Virus record (IMG/VR): IMGVR_UViG_3300032292_000267
Coordinates: 1-45,403 of that record
Length of the DNA: 45,403 nucleotides
Source: a virus
Lineage: Duplodnaviria; Caudoviricetes
Direction: 5' to 3' (one strand)
The stretch's first letter is position 1. Each line of letters starts with the position of its first letter. The translations under genes and the position numbers were made by a program. This document shows, in pieces, positions 37,632-45,403 of the stretch. The notes beneath the pieces are model-generated. The model was not told the DNA's origin and did no database searches. It saw nothing but the letters and a program-made list of their open reading frames with translations.

Positions 37632-38575
37632 TTAAACTCACACTCCACCATTATTTCAGTAAGTGCTGCAAGAAGGTTTATTTCCTGATCAGCCACGAAC
37701 GCACATTGGTATTGATACTTAGCAATAATAAGAACGGCAGCAGGAATAGTTGCGGGTGAAATGCAATCATAAGCGGAGTCATAAACCCTGCGAAGTAGAC
37801 TACTAGCATCGTTGTCCAAGTTTGACACCACCCACTTTCGGACTTCAGTAAAGTTTTTATCTTTGAGATTTTTAATAAGTTCATTTACAGAGATGTCAGA
37901 GAAAGATGCAAGAATTGCCGAGTCAATTTTTCCTCCCACTGAATACCTTTGACATTCGTTGAGAACTCGTCTCCAATCGGGAAAATGTTTTTGAACCAAT
38001 TCAGCAAGCACTTTGGGTTCATAATCAACACCTTCTGTATCAAGAATATTTTGTAACCGTTTGAAAAATTGTCCAGCTAACTCTACTTTTTCCTTACCCT
38101 TAATACCAAATTCCACCACGGCACATCTGGAGTGGAGAGGTTCGATGATTTTGTTTTTGTAGTTACAGGTGAAGATGAATCTGCAATTACCAGCAAATTC
38201 CTCAATAGATGCCCGTAAGAGGAGTTGTACATCATTGGTTGTATTATCTGCCTCATCAATGATGATGACTTTGTGTTTAGCAGTTGACGAAAGTGAGACG
38301 GTCGAAGCGAAGTTTTTCGCAGTGTTTCGCACAGTATCAAGGAATCTACCTTCGTCGGATCCATTAATGACATAAACATCTACCCCCAATTCATTACAAA
38401 GTGCCTTAGCAACTGTTGTCTTACCACATCCTGCAGGACCAGCAAGAAGAAGATTCGGCACTTCGCCTTTATTTAGGAAATCACTAAAAGTTTTTTTAAT
38501 ATTCTCTGGAAGAATACAATCTTCAATAGTTTTGGGGCGATATCGTTCAACCCAAAGAAATTCATCACGACTCAT
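37628..38575 (-). CDS. g44: Clamp loader large subunit (gp44)
   Basis: LWVERYRP, GPAGCGKTT, IDEAD, PLHSRC, FPDWRR. Confidence 0.97.
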   Translation of the reverse strand: MSRDEFLWVERYRPKTIEDCILPENIKKTFSDFLNKGEVPNLLLAGPAGCGKTTVAKALCNELGVDVYVINGSDEGRFLDTVRNTAKNFASTVSLSSTAKHKVIIIDEADNTTNDVQLLLRASIEEFAGNCRFIFTCNYKNKIIEPLHSRCAVVEFGIKGKEKVELAGQFFKRLQNILDTEGVDYEPKVLAELVQKHFPDWRRVLNECQRYSVGGKIDSAILASFSDISVNELIKNLKDKNFTEVRKWVVSNLDNDASSLLRRVYDSAYDCISPATIPAAVLIIAKYQYQCAFVADQEINLLAALTEIMVECEFK

Positions 38576-38580
38576 AATTT

Positions 38581-39093
38581 TTATACCCATTCAGGTTTTC
38601 GTTGCGGCATACGAAGATAATTAGATGCAACCCAAGGTTTGGATGCAATATACATCTTGTAAGCAGTAAAAGTGTCAATGCTTGTGTCAAGTTTATACTC
38701 ATCTGGCATAGCACGAGCAAATGGTGTTACTTCAGTAATCTTCCCTTTGGGAAAAAGATAATACGCATCTACAAGAGTTTTGTAGCAGGAGTGCGTCTTA
38801 TTGTACCGCAGAGCATACTCATCCGCAAGGTTCATTCCCCACTTGATCAACCAATAGGCATTATGGATACTATCCATTGCCCATTTGGTGCAGGGATGAT
38901 TACGAAACGCACCCTTTTCAGTTCGGTAGGGAGTGCCATCAGCCTTAGGAAGAGTGCCGTAGCTATGACCCCACTTTTCAGAGGCAACAATGGAGAGCAT
39001 TTGGCAGCATTCCAAAGGCATCTTGACAATGTGTTTATCGGGAAGACATAAAGCACTTTCAGCGGGAAATGGAGATGTGGCAAAAATATTCAT
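38581..39093 (-). CDS. Pyrimidine dimer DNA glycosylase (DenV-related family) protein
   Basis: MNIF...DKHIVKMPLE.CQML, NHPCTKW, EY..RY.K.H, AMPD. Confidence 0.7.
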   Translation of the reverse strand: MNIFATSPFPAESALCLPDKHIVKMPLECCQMLSIVASEKWGHSYGTLPKADGTPYRTEKGAFRNHPCTKWAMDSIHNAYWLIKWGMNLADEYALRYNKTHSCYKTLVDAYYLFPKGKITEVTPFARAMPDEYKLDTSIDTFTAYKMYIASKPWVASNYLRMPQRKPEWV

Positions 39094-39776
39094 TCAAAAG
39101 TAGAATCAGGTTCCAGAGCAATATAATAGCACAAGTCGTGGTTCTTACTGGTAAACCGTGACAAAAGTTTTTGAGAAACAACAACTTCATAAGTTCCAGG
39201 AAGAACTTTGATATTTTCAACCTTGAAGTTAAAGACAAACTCAGAGTCAGTTTCACCAACAACGATTGCAAAATCATTGGAGGTATCGTTCTTCTTATCA
39301 CGAACAACCAGTTTCACAACACCACCTTCACCAACAGCAGAGATGTCAGGAAGTTGATAGATAGCAGCTGCTTTTAGAAGTTTATCAAGTTGTTCGGTGC
39401 TTAGTTCAAAACAAACATCTTCACTGGGAAGAACGATTTCCTTTTCTGGAGGGGTAATGATTACATTGCGATCCGCAAAGAAATACTTAGATCTCATCTT
39501 ACCTTCACGAATCACCACATATTGATCATTAGAAAAATCAAGTTCAGGATTTTTGTGAAGATTTAGTCCATTCAAGAATTGATTCAGATCATAAATTCCA
39601 AAATCTTGAGAAAACTCCTCTGTAATTGTTGCCTCGGCAAGAATATTTTTCATTACAGAAATAGTACGAAGTTTACTACCCTGTTTAAAAAGAATAGACT
39701 GATTAATTGAAGAAAAGTTTTTTAGTACGGAAATAGTTTTATCAGAAAATTTCATAATTTGAGGTTTGAGTTTCAC
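39090..39776 (-). CDS. g45: Sliding clamp (gp45)
   Basis: LKNFSSINQSI, FGIYDLNQFL, YYIALE. Confidence 0.95.
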   Translation of the reverse strand: MKLKPQIMKFSDKTISVLKNFSSINQSILFKQGSKLRTISVMKNILAEATITEEFSQDFGIYDLNQFLNGLNLHKNPELDFSNDQYVVIREGKMRSKYFFADRNVIITPPEKEIVLPSEDVCFELSTEQLDKLLKAAAIYQLPDISAVGEGGVVKLVVRDKKNDTSNDFAIVVGETDSEFVFNFKVENIKVLPGTYEVVVSQKLLSRFTSKNHDLCYYIALEPDSTFE

Positions 39777-40255
39777 TTGTTTTCAACGAGGTTAAGATGA
39801 TTGATCAGAAGAATAGTATAGTGCAGTACCTTGAACAAGTCAGCACGGGGAGTTCCTTTAGTATCATAACGATCAATATACTTAGTTACATTACCAGCGC
39901 AGAAACCTTCGCGGCGGTTGTGTTTGATTTTGTCAAGAGTTTGTTCAGTTCCACCACCAGTCCTATCAACATAATGCTGGCTATAAGTACCAGAAATGTA
40001 CTGTTCAAGTTGTTTCAGGATTTTATCTTCGTTATATTTCCAGAAACCATTTTTATTTTCAGTCATATTAAAATTAAACGTATGATAATTATTCAAAGAA
40101 AGATGATCTTCACCCGTTCCACCAGGAAGTCTGGATCCAAGAATAACAGTATTGGGTGATGTATAAGGATTTCCAGTCAGACTGATACCATCATCTACCC
40201 AAAAATCTTGATTGGGAAGTGAACTTTCATAAGTGCTTTCAAAGTTTTCAGACAT
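39773..40255 (-). CDS. DUF3310/SaV-like hypothetical protein
   Basis: TYSQHY, GFCAGNVTKYIDRY..KG...DL.K..HY. Confidence 0.65.
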   Translation of the reverse strand: MSENFESTYESSLPNQDFWVDDGISLTGNPYTSPNTVILGSRLPGGTGEDHLSLNNYHTFNFNMTENKNGFWKYNEDKILKQLEQYISGTYSQHYVDRTGGGTEQTLDKIKHNRREGFCAGNVTKYIDRYDTKGTPRADLFKVLHYTILLINHLNLVENK

Positions 40256-40304
40256 TTTAAATCATAGTAAAGAACAAAAAGAGGAGGCACTTTTACCTCC
40301 CCCA

Positions 40305-40333
40305 ATTATATCAGAAAGGAACGGAAGAATCAA
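40305..40333 (-). promoter_or_regulatory. Sigma70 promoter TTGATT-17-TATAAT in the cobS 3' end, followed by a hairpin and T-tract
   Basis: Read directly; GGAGGTA..TGCCTCC-TCTTTTT lies just downstream. Confidence 0.55.
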
Positions 40334-41432
40334 CCACTTGGGTAGTTTCTTGAATAGGCATTACAAAGTCAGCATCCACCTTATCATAAAGTTCCAAGAA
40401 TGCTTGCTTGGTTTCATCATCAAAGCGGTTTACACACACTTGAATTGCTTTAGCTTTGTCACCGAAGATGCTATAGGCACGGATAATGTGAACCAAACGA
40501 CGGGTGCTGATGATTTCCTCAATACCACCATCGTAGAAGGTTTTGCGGATGATGTCTGCCCAGTCCACAAGGCGCTTACAGAAGTCACGATCTTCCACAC
40601 CAAGATCCAGAGCAACGCCTTCGAGGATCTTCTGCTCGGTGCTGGGAGCGGGATAGGACTGCTCAAATGTCACAGGAAAACGCTCCAGAAACGCTTCGTT
40701 GAGCACGTTGGTGCCGATGAACCTACCGTCATCAGAACCCTTGCCCTTGGTGTTTGCAGTGGCAAATACGTTGAATCCAGCAGCAGGTTTGACGAACTTG
40801 CCGATTTTCTTGAGGAAAACTCCCTTACCTTCCAGAATGGACTGAAGGCACAAAATCTTATTAGAAGCAAGATCAATCTCATCTAGCAGCAATACAGCGC
40901 CACGCTCAAGTGCTTCCACCACAGGACCGTTGTGCCAAGAAGTTTCGCCATTCACCAGACGAAATCCACCGATCAGATCGTCTTCATCAGTCTCAATAGT
41001 GATGTTAACACGAATTAATTCACGCTTCAGTTGAGAACAAGCTTGTTCCACACTGAACGTTTTACCGTTACCCGACAAACCCGTAATAAACGTCGGATAA
41101 AAAAGATTGGAAGAAATAATTTTTTTAATATCGTTAAAGTTACCAAACTTGACGAAGGTATCATCTTTATCAGGAATGAGGTTTTGACGAACTTCAGGAA
41201 GAATAGAGACGTTGTTAAAAGACCTTTCCATTTCCTGAATTTTTGCCTGAGTTACTTCTAGATTCCACTTGCCACGTCCGACTTTAAATACATCCAAACG
41301 TTTAGTTACAGTCGGATAAGAAATTCCTTTTGAGTCACAATATCCGCGAACATCAGCAGCTGTAAATTCTTTGCCAAAAGTATTTTTGAGATCAGTGATA
41401 ATTTGATCATCAGTCATTTGAAGGCGAGTCAT
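40311..41432 (-). CDS. cobS: CobS/MoxR-like AAA+ ATPase
   Basis: GLSGNGKT, DLIGG, LLLDEID, TANTKG.G, AFLERF, ISTRRL. Confidence 0.9.
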   Translation of the reverse strand: MTRLQMTDDQIITDLKNTFGKEFTAADVRGYCDSKGISYPTVTKRLDVFKVGRGKWNLEVTQAKIQEMERSFNNVSILPEVRQNLIPDKDDTFVKFGNFNDIKKIISSNLFYPTFITGLSGNGKTFSVEQACSQLKRELIRVNITIETDEDDLIGGFRLVNGETSWHNGPVVEALERGAVLLLDEIDLASNKILCLQSILEGKGVFLKKIGKFVKPAAGFNVFATANTKGKGSDDGRFIGTNVLNEAFLERFPVTFEQSYPAPSTEQKILEGVALDLGVEDRDFCKRLVDWADIIRKTFYDGGIEEIISTRRLVHIIRAYSIFGDKAKAIQVCVNRFDDETKQAFLELYDKVDADFVMPIQETTQVVDSSVPF

Positions 41433-41461
41433 GATGTGGTTGTTTTGTTTCAACTGTAGTC

Positions 41462-41516
41462 ATTATAAAGCAAAAAAGAGGTGATTTGGGTTGCCAGTGG
41501 TCAGTTCACCAACTGG
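41462..41516 (-). promoter_or_regulatory. Candidate cyanophage early-type promoter: CCAGTT..AACTG motif plus TATAAT, no canonical -35
   Basis: CCAGTTGGTGAACTGACCACTGG about 27-49 nt upstream of TATAAT. Confidence 0.45.
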
Positions 41517-41683
41517 TTCTTCAGGGTTTCAAAACACTCTCTACTCACAATTTTACCTACGTAACCAGGATAAAATTGTTTCACCATAGCAGGGATGCCC
41601 ATGGCAGTGATTGCGCTGTCGCAAATTACACACACTTCTTTAGTGTTGCAATTCACAACATGTTCAAGTGGAAATTTTTTCAT
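41501..41683 (-). CDS. Hypothetical protein
   Basis: 60 aa ORF on the coding strand, 2 nt after the upstream stop. Confidence 0.6.
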   Translation of the reverse strand: MKKFPLEHVVNCNTKEVCVICDSAITAMGIPAMVKQFYPGYVGKIVSRECFETLKNQLVN

Positions 41684-41685
41684 AA

Positions 41686-42393
41686 TTAATCTTCAACTGT
41701 AAATGTTTTGTTCTTAACCTTTGTATCAAATTCACCAGTTCTGCCTGGTTTCATACTTCCTATTCTAACATTCTTTCCCTTTCCAGGCCAAGAAGTTTTA
41801 GAAGTTCCTTTAAGAGTTGAACTTCCACCTGCTTTGCGTTGAATCAAAACAGAATCTTGATCGTATTTCTTACCAAGTTTTTCAACTGCCTTTTTAAACT
41901 TTCTCTTGCCCATTTTACCAGCAGTAATAACATGAGATTTCTCTCCCACTTTTTTCTCCTGAGAAGTTCCTGGGTTTTCAGTATATCTTCCTTTTACTTT
42001 AGTAGGTCCTGGGAGACCAGCACCTCTTACATCCTTTTCAAGTTGCTTAGAACGTGCCTTATTTTCTGTTTTTGATTTGTCTCCACGTTGGGCAGACATG
42101 ATTGCCATGCCACCTTTCTTTGACTTACTCATAACGCGAGTAAGTGAAGTTTCACTCAAATCAAGTTCTTCTTTTCTTGTCCTTTCTGCTTCTTTACGCT
42201 TAGCAAACTGCATATAAGTTTCGCCTGGTTTTAATCTATTACCATAATCGGGTTTTGTTTGTGCTGAGGTACTTTGTCCTCTATCTTCACGGGCTCTCAT
42301 TTGAGGACCTTTACCAGGAAGTTTTTTATCTTGCTCTGGATCTGGATGCCACCAATCACCCGCTTCTCTAATAAACTCTTTATAAGTTTTCAT
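41686..42393 (-). CDS. Basic putative internal head protein with capsid-targeting sequence
   Basis: Begins MKTYKEFIRE (T4 IPIII CTS is MKTYQEFIAE); CTAAATA late box upstream. Confidence 0.7.
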   Translation of the reverse strand: MKTYKEFIREAGDWWHPDPEQDKKLPGKGPQMRAREDRGQSTSAQTKPDYGNRLKPGETYMQFAKRKEAERTRKEELDLSETSLTRVMSKSKKGGMAIMSAQRGDKSKTENKARSKQLEKDVRGAGLPGPTKVKGRYTENPGTSQEKKVGEKSHVITAGKMGKRKFKKAVEKLGKKYDQDSVLIQRKAGGSSTLKGTSKTSWPGKGKNVRIGSMKPGRTGEFDTKVKNKTFTVED

Positions 42394-42416
42394 ATCTGCA
42401 GATACTTTTTAGGTAT

Positions 42417-44600
42417 TTAGGCAACAAGAGAAATGAACTCTCCAAGAACTTTTTTGTTCAGTTTTTTAGTTTTGAGAGATTTCACAAAGGCAGATTTAAT
42501 TTGCGACTTAGTAGCATCTTCGACGACATCAAACTGTGTTTCCTGAGACAAAGCAGTTGCAGAAAGTCCAAAGTAGGCATCATATCCAGAATTAGTGATG
42601 TTAAAACTCTTCAATTTTTTCCAATCATTTTGAATTTTTTGATACTGTTTGTCCGTTTCATTGTGATAAAGATTGATAAAACGATTAGCATTACGTCCTT
42701 CAAGAACACGGATACCAATAAAATTAACTGAAGGAAACTTATCTTTAAGATTGCTAAGAAGAATATCAGTAAACTGATGATATCCATAATCAAACTTGTA
42801 GGTAGTCCCAAGTTTACGATCCCGAAGGAAAGTTTTAAAAGGATTTATACAAGAAGAACCAATATAAGGCTCACTTTCCCAATGACGTTTCACTTCACGA
42901 TGATAAGGAAGATGATTTGCTTCACCATCAGTCAACACAATGCACTGAACTTTTTGAAGTTTGTTTTCACGCTGAAACTGAGGAAGAATTTGATGAAGTG
43001 CAATCAGTGCCTCATTCAAAGGAGTTCCCGAAAGAGACAGGCGACTGGGATAAGTATAAGGAATATGATATGTGTCAGCAAAGCACATGGCAAGACGCCA
43101 CACATTTACCATTTGATTTTCAAGTTCTTTGCCAGAAACTTTGCTGGTGAGAATATTCATTAAAGAAAAAGTTTCATCAACGCAAATCAAATTTTCTTTT
43201 TTTGTATAATGAGGAGTGCGATCTGCAGAGAGATGCCTTCCAGTTTCGTAATCGTATTCACCACGACGCCATTCGTTAGTGAAGGCATAAACTTCAAAAG
43301 GAATGGAAACTTTTTTGCAGAACCAGATAAGATTAAACAGTTGTTTGCAAGTATCTAAGAGAACGTGTTGCATAGAACCACTCCAGTCCAAAATAAAAAT
43401 TAGTCCATGATTCTTACCATCAGGAATCACAGTCACTTTTTTGAACAAATCTTCATTATATTTGTAAGTATGAAGACGAGTTGTATCAAGAATGCCAGTG
43501 CGAGCAGTTGATGAGCGAGCATACTGATCTGCTGCCTTGCGGCACTCAAATTCCTTTACCAGATAATTGACTTCTTTCTGAGCAGACATTTTAAATTTTT
43601 TAAATTCACTATCTGCTTTAATAAAGAGATCTATGGGCACGAATCCACTATCACTAGCAAGTTCATTATGAGATTTTTGTTGATGATTGAAGCACAAATT
43701 AATATCGTTATGAACATCAGCATTTTTACCAATCACAGTCTCAAGATTAACTTGAGGAATTTCTACATAAACATTTTCATGACCATCATTATTCACCAAA
43801 TCACGGATTTTGTCTTCCAGATTATCTGCAGTAAGAACTTTTGGTTCCTCTTCATCATTAGCAGACTCAACAGTGGTTTGATCACCCTGAGCAGTTCCAC
43901 CATAACCATCAGACTCTTCTGGTTTCACTTGATCTGATTTTCCTTCCTCTTCTTCTTCACTCTGTTCAGTTTCTACTTGCTCATTTGAAGCGGACGTAGA
44001 ATTTCCTTGTTGTTGATGAGAATCAAAGTCAGAAACTTTTTGCCTCTGTTCCTTTTCTTTCTTACAATACTTATAAAGTTCTTCTGCGGCAATTAAAGCA
44101 TCTGCAAAACTTTCACACACACCAATCAGATTGATAATCTCTTGCTCTTCCGAATTAAAGTCAATGGTGATAAAATTACCAACTTTAAAATAAAGATTAG
44201 CACGATCAGCTAGATTGAAAGTGGAAATATCATCATCCGAAATTTGAAAGAAATCTTCTTCATTCAGTTCTTTATATCCAGTAAAAAATGTCTTAGCAAG
44301 TCCCATGTACTTGCGCTTCATCAATTTTTCGATACGAGCATCTTCTACAACATTAACAAACTGCGAAGGAATTTTTACTTTTTCAATCCAGTTTTCATCG
44401 GGAGTAAACAATGCGTGTCCAACTTCATGTCCCACCAACAAGTCATATACAGTATTACTTGCTTTCTCCCACAGGGGTAGAGTCAGCACACGAGTATGAA
44501 CATTAAAACAAGCAGTTGCTACTTTCTTATGTTCAACTACAAGATCCTCAGTAGCAAGCAACTTGGCAAGTTGGGACTTGATTTCGTGACGGACGGACAT
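42417..44600 (-). CDS. CobT-like protein: N-terminal HExxH metallopeptidase-like domain, acidic linker, VWA domain
   Basis: HEVGH..VEDARIE, LDWSGSM (MIDAS DxSxS), GTPL, LTDGE; start MSVRHE chosen (alternative 44624). Confidence 0.85.
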   Translation of the reverse strand: MSVRHEIKSQLAKLLATEDLVVEHKKVATACFNVHTRVLTLPLWEKASNTVYDLLVGHEVGHALFTPDENWIEKVKIPSQFVNVVEDARIEKLMKRKYMGLAKTFFTGYKELNEEDFFQISDDDISTFNLADRANLYFKVGNFITIDFNSEEQEIINLIGVCESFADALIAAEELYKYCKKEKEQRQKVSDFDSHQQQGNSTSASNEQVETEQSEEEEEGKSDQVKPEESDGYGGTAQGDQTTVESANDEEEPKVLTADNLEDKIRDLVNNDGHENVYVEIPQVNLETVIGKNADVHNDINLCFNHQQKSHNELASDSGFVPIDLFIKADSEFKKFKMSAQKEVNYLVKEFECRKAADQYARSSTARTGILDTTRLHTYKYNEDLFKKVTVIPDGKNHGLIFILDWSGSMQHVLLDTCKQLFNLIWFCKKVSIPFEVYAFTNEWRRGEYDYETGRHLSADRTPHYTKKENLICVDETFSLMNILTSKVSGKELENQMVNVWRLAMCFADTYHIPYTYPSRLSLSGTPLNEALIALHQILPQFQRENKLQKVQCIVLTDGEANHLPYHREVKRHWESEPYIGSSCINPFKTFLRDRKLGTTYKFDYGYHQFTDILLSNLKDKFPSVNFIGIRVLEGRNANRFINLYHNETDKQYQKIQNDWKKLKSFNITNSGYDAYFGLSATALSQETQFDVVEDATKSQIKSAFVKSLKTKKLNKKVLGEFISLVA

Positions 44601-44769
44601 CGGATTCGTTTCGTATGTATCCATAATACGACGAAACCGCCTGATTAGGGCGGTTCATGTGACGCTTTTTAAATTGGGCTAGTCGTGCTTTTGCTTGTCG
44701 AAGTGCCTGCGGTTTGAGTTTCCGCTTTTGCTCCTTCTTGGAGTGGTGTTGCCAGTTCGGAGTGTTCAT
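44548..44769 (-). CDS. Small basic hypothetical protein
   Basis: MNTPNWQHHSKK..KRKLKPQALRQAK; the 3' part overlaps the next gene. Confidence 0.5.
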   Translation of the reverse strand: MNTPNWQHHSKKEQKRKLKPQALRQAKARLAQFKKRHMNRPNQAVSSYYGYIRNESDVRPSRNQVPTCQVACY

Positions 44770-44770
44770 T

Positions 44771-45403
44771 TTAGGTTACAGCCCAATCGATGACTGTGCG
44801 AATTTGTTGATTGTAGTTCCAGACTGATTTTAGCATATCAGCATCGACACCGTGCGCTTCCATCTGATTTATCAGGGAATTCAGATCTTTGGGAAAGCAA
44901 GTTCCACCAAAACCGCGATCATTGTCAATGCCAGGAACTTGTGTGTGAGATTTTCCAATTCGACTATCGGACGTAACACCATCACAAACCACATTATAGT
45001 TCATACCAATTGATTCGCATAGATCATACATCTTATTAAAATATGCGACTTTACATGCAAGAAAAGTATTTGCAAAATATTTAATCGCTTCACTTTCATC
45101 AGATGTAGTAATTGCACTTGGAGTATTTGGAAAAATAGTTTGGAAAAAGTTTACAAACTGTTGGCAAAGATTTTTATTTCCACCAACAATATTTCTTTCA
45201 GAGTTTCTAAAATCTTCAACAGCATTTCTAGCGGTTAGAAACTCTGGATTATGAATTACTTTATGATTTTTAGAATATTTTTTAGTTGTCCCAATAGGAA
45301 CGGTAGATTTAATAATAAAAATACCATCAACAACTTTTGGAAGATTTTTAAAGAAACTGTCCAAAATTGAAAGATCACACTCACCAGTTGACTTCATAAG
45401 AGT
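44771..45403 (-). CDS. ugd: UDP-glucose/GDP-mannose 6-dehydrogenase (5'-truncated by the window edge)
   Basis: IKSTVPIG, HNPEFL, EAIKYFANTFLA.K, DSRIG, GFGGTCFPKD. Confidence 0.92.
   Translation of the reverse strand, partial: TLMKSTGECDLSILDSFFKNLPKVVDGIFIIKSTVPIGTTKKYSKNHKVIHNPEFLTARNAVEDFRNSERNIVGGNKNLCQQFVNFFQTIFPNTPSAITTSDESEAIKYFANTFLACKVAYFNKMYDLCESIGMNYNVVCDGVTSDSRIGKSHTQVPGIDNDRGFGGTCFPKDLNSLINQMEAHGVDADMLKSVWNYNQQIRTVIDWAVT

Overview
A 45 kb segment of a T4-like cyanomyovirus genome (Kyanoviridae-type, probably freshwater), with essentially all real genes on the minus strand. Read in transcription order (high to low coordinates) it holds: a partial UDP-glucose dehydrogenase; a VWA/zincin protein and a CobS-like AAA+ ATPase; the T4 replication core (gp45, gp44, Dam, gp62, RegA, Hsp20, gp43, UvsX, 2OG-Fe oxygenase, gp41, MazG), interrupted by an S-adenosylhomocysteine hydrolase (ahcY); tRNA-Ala; a late-expressed block of probable capsid-packaged proteins; primase, nrdA/nrdB, a GIY-YIG nuclease and a lysozyme with a structured leader. 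Next come nine further tRNAs plus one anticodon-less tRNA-like gene, interleaved with dps, an orphan Phd-like protein and a run of micro-proteins that includes an NdhP homologue absent from the ORF track. The window ends with a manA/wcaG-like structured RNA that has a membrane-protein ORF embedded in it, followed by a nucleotide-sugar/glycosyltransferase/methyltransferase cluster. All family assignments are from motif recognition by eye; no database searches were run.
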